In this document: one piece after another, positions 16,640-21,575 of the stretch | Position numbering within the stretch: the stretch's first letter is position 1 | Layout: every line of letters begins with the position of its first letter | Assembly: GCA_903869975.1 (NCBI GenBank) | Contig: CAIQBF010000107.1 | Span: 1-27,640 of the forward strand | DNA from: an uncultured bacterium | Lineage (GTDB): Bacteria > Patescibacteriota > Minisyncoccia > Phycocordibacterales > UBA9973 | DNA length: 27,640 bases | Direction: 5' to 3' | Program-made: the position numbers and the translations under genes | The notes under the pieces: model-generated | The model's database searches: none | Told to the model about the DNA's origin: nothing | Seen by the model: only the letters and a program-made list of their open reading frames with translations

Positions 16640-16646
16640 GTCGTTT

Positions 16647-18173
16647 ATGAGTTTAATCGCAGTATTGTTGATCGCAGTCGCCCTCGGAGGAGGCGTGGCT
16701 TTCGGCTACTACCTCCGCAAGATCACGGCGCTCGCAACGCGTCGTTCGATCGAGCTCGACATCAAGCAAATGATGGTCGGAGCGAAGGAAGAAGCCCAGC
16801 ACATCACCGAGGAAGCAAAGAATAAGGCAGAGGAGCTTGAACGAGAGGCTCGTGCAACCGTTCGCCAGAAGACGGAGGATTTTAAGAAGACGGAAGATCG
16901 CCTCATTAAAAAGGAGTCCCTGCTCGATACCCGCCAAACCGAGCTCGACAAGGAAACAGAGATCCAGAAGGGTAAAATCGAAGAAATTAAGAAGATCAAG
17001 GAACGCGCAGATACCCTGCTCGCCGACCGAGTCAGCACGCTTGAAAAGATCGCCGGACTCTCCCGCGAGGACGCAAAAGGAGAGCTCGTACGTGAAATTG
17101 AGCGTGAAAATGAAGAGGACTTCATGATCCGCATGCAAAAGCTCGAGCAGAACGCCGAGGAACGCCTTGGACGCCGCGCCCGCGAAATCCTTGCGACGAG
17201 CATCCAGCGCCTCGCATCATCGACCGCATCTGAAATCATGACAACGAATGTCGCCATCCCGAACGACGAGATCAAAGGCAAAATCATTGGAAAAGAAGGC
17301 CGCAATATCCGCGCCTTCGAACGGGCAGCTGGTGTTGAGCTCATCGTGGATGAAACCCCGGGAGCTATCATCATCTCAGCGTTTGACCCTGTTCGCCGCC
17401 AGATCGCTCGTGTAGCGCTCGAAAACCTCATTCTTGACGGCCGTATCCAGCCAGCCAAGATCGAGGAAATGGTTGAAAAAGCAAAAGACGATATCAATAA
17501 AATCATCAAGGAAAAGGGTGAGCAGGCCGTGTACGAGTGTGGGATCTTCAATTTTGATCCGCGCATCATCGCTATTCTCGGACGTCTCTACTTCCGCACA
17601 AGCTACGGACAGAACGTGCTCCAGCATTCAATCGAAATGACGCACATCGCCGGCATGATCGCGGAAGAACTCGGTGCCGATGTCGCTATTGCGAAGCAAG
17701 GCGCACTCGTACACGACATTGGAAAGGCGCTCGATCATGAGGTTCAGGGCACGCATATCGAAATCGGTATGCGCATCCTTCAGAAGTTTGGAGCTGATCC
17801 TCGCGTCATCACAGCGATGAAAAGCCATCACGACGACTACCCGCACGAAACAATCGAAGCGGTTATCGTGCAGACTGCCGACAACATCTCCGGAGGACGT
17901 CCTGGTGCTCGCAGAGACAGCGTCGAGAACTACCTCAAGCGCCTCCAGGAACTCGAAGCGCTCGTAAACGCCTTCCCTGCTATCGAGAAATCATACGCGC
18001 TCTCCGCTGGTCGCGAAATCCGAATCTTTGTTACCCCTGAAAAAGTAACTGACGTTCAAGCAAAAGAAATGGCTCGCGATATCGCGAAAAAGATCGAAGC
18101 TGAGCTTAAGTATCCAGGAGAGATCAAGGTTACTATGATTCGAGAGACACGCATTACAGAGTACGCACGGTAA
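16647..18173 (+). CDS. rny: Ribonuclease Y
   Basis: N-terminal TM helix, coiled coil, KH domain (KGKIIGKEGRNIR), HD domain (HSIE...LVHDIGKA), ISGGRPGARR. Confidence 0.98.
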   Translation: MSLIAVLLIAVALGGGVAFGYYLRKITALATRRSIELDIKQMMVGAKEEAQHITEEAKNKAEELEREARATVRQKTEDFKKTEDRLIKKESLLDTRQTELDKETEIQKGKIEEIKKIKERADTLLADRVSTLEKIAGLSREDAKGELVREIERENEEDFMIRMQKLEQNAEERLGRRAREILATSIQRLASSTASEIMTTNVAIPNDEIKGKIIGKEGRNIRAFERAAGVELIVDETPGAIIISAFDPVRRQIARVALENLILDGRIQPAKIEEMVEKAKDDINKIIKEKGEQAVYECGIFNFDPRIIAILGRLYFRTSYGQNVLQHSIEMTHIAGMIAEELGADVAIAKQGALVHDIGKALDHEVQGTHIEIGMRILQKFGADPRVITAMKSHHDDYPHETIEAVIVQTADNISGGRPGARRDSVENYLKRLQELEALVNAFPAIEKSYALSAGREIRIFVTPEKVTDVQAKEMARDIAKKIEAELKYPGEIKVTMIRETRITEYAR

Positions 18174-18175
18174 AA

Positions 18176-18253
18176 GCAAAATAAAAAGGCGGATCAAAAT
18201 TTTCTACGCAGTCTTCGCTGCCTTGAAAATTTTGATCCGCCTTTTTGTTTTGC
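18176..18253. terminator. Very long hairpin after rny (29-bp stem, 20-nt structured loop)
   Basis: GCAAAATAAAAAGGCGGATCAAAATTTTC / GAAAATTTTGATCCGCCTTTTTGTTTTGC: 28 Watson-Crick pairs plus one G.U. Confidence 0.8.
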
Positions 18254-18360
18254 CTTATAAGAAAGGCTAAAATCGTATTTTAGGCACAAAAAAATACCCC
18301 CACAGGGCATCCGTTACGGCACCACCTAATTCACCCCACGAGCTTGCGCTCACGAATTAA

Positions 18361-18391
18361 AAAGATGGCGAGTGATCTACTCATTCGCCAT
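18361..18391 (-). terminator. Probable terminator for the minus-strand orphan gene
   Basis: ATGGCGA...TCGCCAT hairpin followed by CTTTT on the minus strand. Confidence 0.5.
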
Positions 18392-18423
18392 TTGATAAGG
18401 GAATAGAGTCCACCGCCGTTGTT

Positions 18424-19161
18424 TTATTCTTCCAAAGAACATTTTTTACAGTCTTTTTTTGGATATGAAATATCCCATCCTACTTCAACAAGAGCTGTTA
18501 CTGACGCAAAAGGTTTTCGTGGATGTCCAGAATGAATATTCGGTTCAACCTCTTTTTCTTGGTACAAGGTTGTACCAACACCGACAAAAGCGTACATGTT
18601 AATCTTAGGAAAAGAAATACGCTCAGTAAAATAAAAATCATTCACGACATTCGTAATACCGATTTGATTTTCACATTTCCTGTTACTGATGAAATCGAGG
18701 CATCTCCAAGCCTCAATGAAATATCCATGGTTAGGGGCAACAACTGCCCAGAGTGACCACTGATAATCATTCGACTGAAGGTGTGTCCAGAACGAATATG
18801 CACGTTCTGTCTTCTGAATCTTAAAGGAGTGGTTAACCCCTCCGAAACTTGCCCCTGCGGCAAGCGTCGCTTTCTTGTTGCAAAAACCGCCTCCCAGGTA
18901 AACCTGAGTGATACTGCCTTCATCTGAGAATTTCTCCCAAATGCCGACGGATTGAACCACGTAATAAATGCCGTTTATTGGTGTTTCTCCGCCTTTTATA
19001 GCGAGCCACCCAATACCTCCCGTCATAAGACCACCCTTAGGGTTAGTACCCTTTTGGTAGACCGACGAATTCAACGCCAAAGTAAATTTGGACATTTGAG
19101 CTGCTACTCTTTTAGTAGCTAGGCAGCAAAGTACTGCGAAAAAACATACAATTTTCTTCAT
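18424..19161 (-). CDS. Secreted beta-strand-rich hypothetical protein (AT-rich orphan)
   Basis: 245-aa ORF, signal peptide ending VAA|Q, alternating-polarity strands, own promoter; no recognised family. Confidence 0.75.
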   Translation of the reverse strand: MKKIVCFFAVLCCLATKRVAAQMSKFTLALNSSVYQKGTNPKGGLMTGGIGWLAIKGGETPINGIYYVVQSVGIWEKFSDEGSITQVYLGGGFCNKKATLAAGASFGGVNHSFKIQKTERAYSFWTHLQSNDYQWSLWAVVAPNHGYFIEAWRCLDFISNRKCENQIGITNVVNDFYFTERISFPKINMYAFVGVGTTLYQEKEVEPNIHSGHPRKPFASVTALVEVGWDISYPKKDCKKCSLEE

Positions 19162-19216
19162 GTCGTATTAATTTGTGAAGTTTGAAAATATTGTTTGAAA
19201 TATTTTATTTGTTTAT

Positions 19217-19244
19217 ATTATAGCATAGACATTGTATCTTGCAA
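19217..19244 (-). promoter_or_regulatory. Sigma70 promoter for the 18424-19161 gene
   Basis: Minus strand TTGCAA, 16 nt, TATAAT with an extended TG. Confidence 0.65.
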
Positions 19245-19247
19245 TAA

Positions 19248-19306
19248 TGAAAAAACCCTTATAAATAAGGGTTCTACAGGATCACCTTGAAAAAACCCTT
19301 ATAAAT
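19248..19306. repeat. Two identical 19-bp direct repeats (TGAAAAAACCCTTATAAAT), 40 bp apart; the first extends into a 9-bp inverted repeat
   Basis: Copies at 19248-19266 and 19288-19306; AACCCTTAT-AA-ATAAGGGTT at 19254-19273. Confidence 0.85.
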
Positions 19307-19307
19307 G

Positions 19308-19335
19308 TTGCATTATTCCCCGCGACCCCTATAAT
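19308..19335 (+). promoter_or_regulatory. Sigma70 promoter for the HU gene
   Basis: TTGCAT, 16 nt, TATAAT. Confidence 0.6.
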
Positions 19336-19458
19336 TACCATAGTTTTAAGCAAAGGAGTCAAATCCGGCCTTAAAGCTCTAGAGCATTATAAGCACAGGT
19401 CGACTTAGCTTGCCCTCGCCCGGACGCATTCTGCGAACTGGCGAAGGCGTCAATCAAT

Positions 19459-19731
19459 ATGAATAAAGCAGCACTTGTTGACTGGGTTCATCAGAAGATT
19501 GGCGGCACGAAAGTACAGGCTGAGGAGGTCGTAGACGGCATGATGGAAGCCATCGTCAATACCCTCAAGAAGGGTGGCGAAGTTTCTATCGCAGGTCTCG
19601 GCATCTTCAGTGTAAAACAGCGCGCAGCACGTATGGCACGCAATCCTAAAACAGGAGAGCAGGTCAAGGTTGCAGCGATGAAAGTACCTAAGTTCCGCGC
19701 AGCGAAGGCCCTCAAGGACGCAGTGAAGTAA
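19459..19731 (+). CDS. hup: DNA-binding protein HU
   Basis: MNKAALV, VSIAGLGIF, ARNPKTGE, VPKFRAAKALKDAVK. Confidence 0.97.
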   Translation: MNKAALVDWVHQKIGGTKVQAEEVVDGMMEAIVNTLKKGGEVSIAGLGIFSVKQRAARMARNPKTGEQVKVAAMKVPKFRAAKALKDAVK

Positions 19732-19761
19732 TTCACTCTCCTCCTAGAGACCTCTTTACAG

Positions 19762-19794
19762 AAAAGTCCGGTTGCCTATCAGCCGGGCTTTTTT
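19762..19794 (+). terminator. Intrinsic terminator after HU
   Basis: AAAAGTCCGGTTG-CCTAT-CAGCCGGGCTTTTTT. Confidence 0.8.
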
Positions 19795-19851
19795 GCTGCC
19801 AAAAACAGCAAATCATAGCGATTTCACTGAATATCTCCTCCCCAAATACTA

Positions 19852-19880
19852 TTGACAATATATTCTATATGGCGTACAAT
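19852..19880 (+). promoter_or_regulatory. Near-consensus sigma70 promoter for the 116-aa orphan
   Basis: TTGACA, 17 nt, TACAAT. Confidence 0.8.
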
Positions 19881-19897
19881 AAGTAAAATTATTAAAA

Positions 19898-20248
19898 ATG
19901 AAGACATTAAACAAAGAGAACGCCCCTACTGTTGAGGCGTTACTAGAAATCTTGGCATCTGAAGGATGCCTCATATTTAAACAACAACTGCCCGAAGTAG
20001 CATACGCTTCAGGTCAATCAGCTGAGGAGCTGAGTATAACCAAGTTACCCCGAGCGACACGTACCCAAATGTGGTACGAAGTAAGCCTCTCGAGAATTAT
20101 AATGCTCGAGGACGGTGAAAAACAGTACGACTCCAGCCGGGGGTCGATAAACCACCTAAGCAATAAAGAGGAGGTTAAAGACCTCTTAAAGAGCGAGGGA
20201 CTCATTTTAGTAGGTCAAGATGGACCTGTCTTTGAATACATTAAGTAA
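19898..20248 (+). CDS. Hypothetical protein (116 aa, AT-rich orphan)
   Basis: ORF bracketed by its own consensus promoter and terminator; no recognised motif. Confidence 0.7.
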   Translation: MKTLNKENAPTVEALLEILASEGCLIFKQQLPEVAYASGQSAEELSITKLPRATRTQMWYEVSLSRIIMLEDGEKQYDSSRGSINHLSNKEEVKDLLKSEGLILVGQDGPVFEYIK

Positions 20249-20252
20249 CCGC

Positions 20253-20300
20253 AATTGCCCGAGATTAACAATAAAAATTGTTCATTCTCGGGCAATTTTT
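20253..20300. terminator. Terminator between the orphan gene and the convergent tRNA operon
   Basis: AATTGCCCGAGA / TCTCGGGCAATT 12-bp arms followed by TTT. Confidence 0.8.
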
Positions 20301-20327
20301 ATATGAAGATGAGACAAAAGTCTCGTA

Positions 20328-20401
20328 TGGTGCGGGATAGGAGAGTCGAACTCCTCACCACAGTTTGGAAAACTGTTGTTTTACCGATAAACTAATCCCG
20401 C
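20328..20401 (-). tRNA. tRNA-Gly(TCC), CCA encoded
   Basis: Acceptor GCGGGAT/ATCCCGC, anticodon arm ACAGT-TTTCCAA-ACTGT, T arm GTTCGAC, 3' ACCA. Confidence 0.95.
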
Positions 20402-20457
20402 ATACTTCGGGCAAATGAGAATCAGAAACACTTCCCGATTCCCTGCCCGCGAAATAC

Positions 20458-20538
20458 CTAGCGATTACGAAGAGAAACCTGCTTCTTCGAGACTTTCTTC
20501 GCATGCTTCTTGATCGCAAGCTTTTTCTTTTTATTCAT
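20458..20538 (-). CDS. Putative 26-aa Lys-rich microprotein MNKKKKLAIKKHAKKVSKKQVSLRNR
   Basis: Hand translation: ATG 20538, TAG 20460-20458; 10 Lys, 2 Arg, no acidic residue; same strand as the flanking tRNAs. Below the ORF-track length cutoff. Confidence 0.55.
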   Translation of the reverse strand: MNKKKKLAIKKHAKKVSKKQVSLRNR

Positions 20539-20580
20539 ACAAATAGAGATTAGCAAATAAGGCGAACTCGCACAAGATAG

Positions 20581-20651
20581 TCGGGGCGCCGAGAATCGAA
20601 CTCGGCCCTCATGTTCCCAAAACATGCATACTACCGATATACTACGCCCCG
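20581..20651 (-). tRNA. tRNA-Pro(TGG), CCA not encoded
   Basis: Acceptor CGGGGCG/CGCCCCG, anticodon arm CATGT-TTTGGGA-ACATG, GTTCGAT; followed by CTA. Confidence 0.95.
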
Positions 20652-20667
20652 ATGTAAGGATACTACC

Positions 20668-21069
20668 TTAAATAATAATATTTTCCAAGTACTCGACCTG
20701 TGCACTACGCAAAACAGGATTAAGATGGACCACAATGAGGTCGAATTGCCAGTCCCGATCGACCCGCCGCTCAAGCAAATAGGTCGAGACGGTTCGCCGC
20801 AAACGCAGGAGTTTCTTTTGATGCATTTGCTCTTCTGGGCGATACCGGTCGAGTCTTTCACGGGAAACGCGTTCAGGAGACACTGTCTCGGCTTTTACTT
20901 CCACGAAGTGAACAATCGACCCTTTCTGGGCAACAATATCAATCTCGCCCCATTTCTTCGTGTAATTACGCTCAAGTATCGAGAAACCCTTACGCTGTAA
21001 GTAGAGGGAAGCAATCTGCTCCCCCTTCTCCCCCACCCTTTGTGTTTTTGAAGTAAAGACCTTGGGCAT
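20668..21069 (-). CDS. yraN: YraN/UPF0102 family PD-(D/E)xK nuclease-like protein
   Basis: GEKGEQIA, ILERNY, WGEIDIVA, HFVEVK, FDLIVV motifs. Confidence 0.9.
   Translation of the reverse strand: MPKVFTSKTQRVGEKGEQIASLYLQRKGFSILERNYTKKWGEIDIVAQKGSIVHFVEVKAETVSPERVSRERLDRYRPEEQMHQKKLLRLRRTVSTYLLERRVDRDWQFDLIVVHLNPVLRSAQVEYLENIII
20854..20869. other. parS-like site inside yraN (encodes VSRER)
   Basis: Minus strand CGTTTCCCGTGAAAGA, 13/16 to TGTTTCACGTGAAACA. Confidence 0.5.
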
Positions 21070-21090
21070 AGACCTGTGAGTTACTCACAC

Positions 21091-21106
21091 GGTTTCACAT
21101 GAAAGC
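21091..21106. other. parS-like site upstream of yraN
   Basis: GGTTTCACATGAAAGC, 12/16 to the consensus. Confidence 0.45.
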
Positions 21107-21170
21107 TCGTCCTTAATAAACCCTTATTTATCAATGTTTTTTTCCATAAAGGACTTATGGAAGGTGTCCG

Positions 21171-21200
21171 TTATACACACATTGCACACCTTTATCCACA
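21171..21200 (+). promoter_or_regulatory. Two co-oriented DnaA boxes
   Basis: TTATACACA (21171-21179) and TTATCCACA (21192-21200) match TTWTNCACA. Confidence 0.65.
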
Positions 21201-21288
21201 GGTTGTCTATTTCGTTGTCGAGTTATCCTTTAGACGCTTCTCCCTTTCCTTTACGGTAATTCCGCCTTTGTCTGTATCGCTCGTTTTG

Positions 21289-21359
21289 TGCGGCCAAGGG
21301 TAATCGAAACCCTGTCTCATCCTTGGCAAGGACGTGTTCTACCACTAAACCATGGCCGC
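21289..21359 (-). tRNA. tRNA-Gly(GCC), CCA not encoded
   Basis: Acceptor GCGGCCA/TGGCCGC, anticodon arm CGTCC-TTGCCAA-GGATG, T loop TTCGATT; followed by CAA. Confidence 0.93.
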
Positions 21360-21488
21360 AATTAGCACGGTGCAATTCTACTCTTTTTTACTTTTTTTTG
21401 CAATCTCAAATACCAGCTTATCTATAATGGATATTTGGTATATTGACGAATATGGACTATACTGGCACAGAATTACCAATTAATATCT

Positions 21489-21560
21489 GCACCCGTAGTG
21501 AAATGGATCTCACGACGGTCTTCGAAACCGTTATTCCAGGTTCGAATCCTGGCAGGTGCA
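21489..21560 (+). tRNA. tRNA-Arg(TCG), CCA not encoded
   Basis: Acceptor GCACCCG/CAGGTGC (one C.A mismatch), anticodon arm ACGGT-CTTCGAA-ACCGT, GGTTCGAATCC, D-loop GGA. Confidence 0.9.
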
Positions 21561-21575
21561 CACTAAACGTTTCTT

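Noticed and set aside
16709-17569. 286-aa antisense ORF over rny
   Set aside because: Ser/Arg-rich mirror of a strongly biased sense gene; typical shadow ORF.
21210-21285. Purine-rich minus-strand stretch after tRNA-Gly translating to ...VKEREKRLKD..., reminiscent of a GIY-YIG C-terminus
   Set aside because: About 25 codons, no start codon and no GIY/YIG motif; too weak to call a pseudogene.
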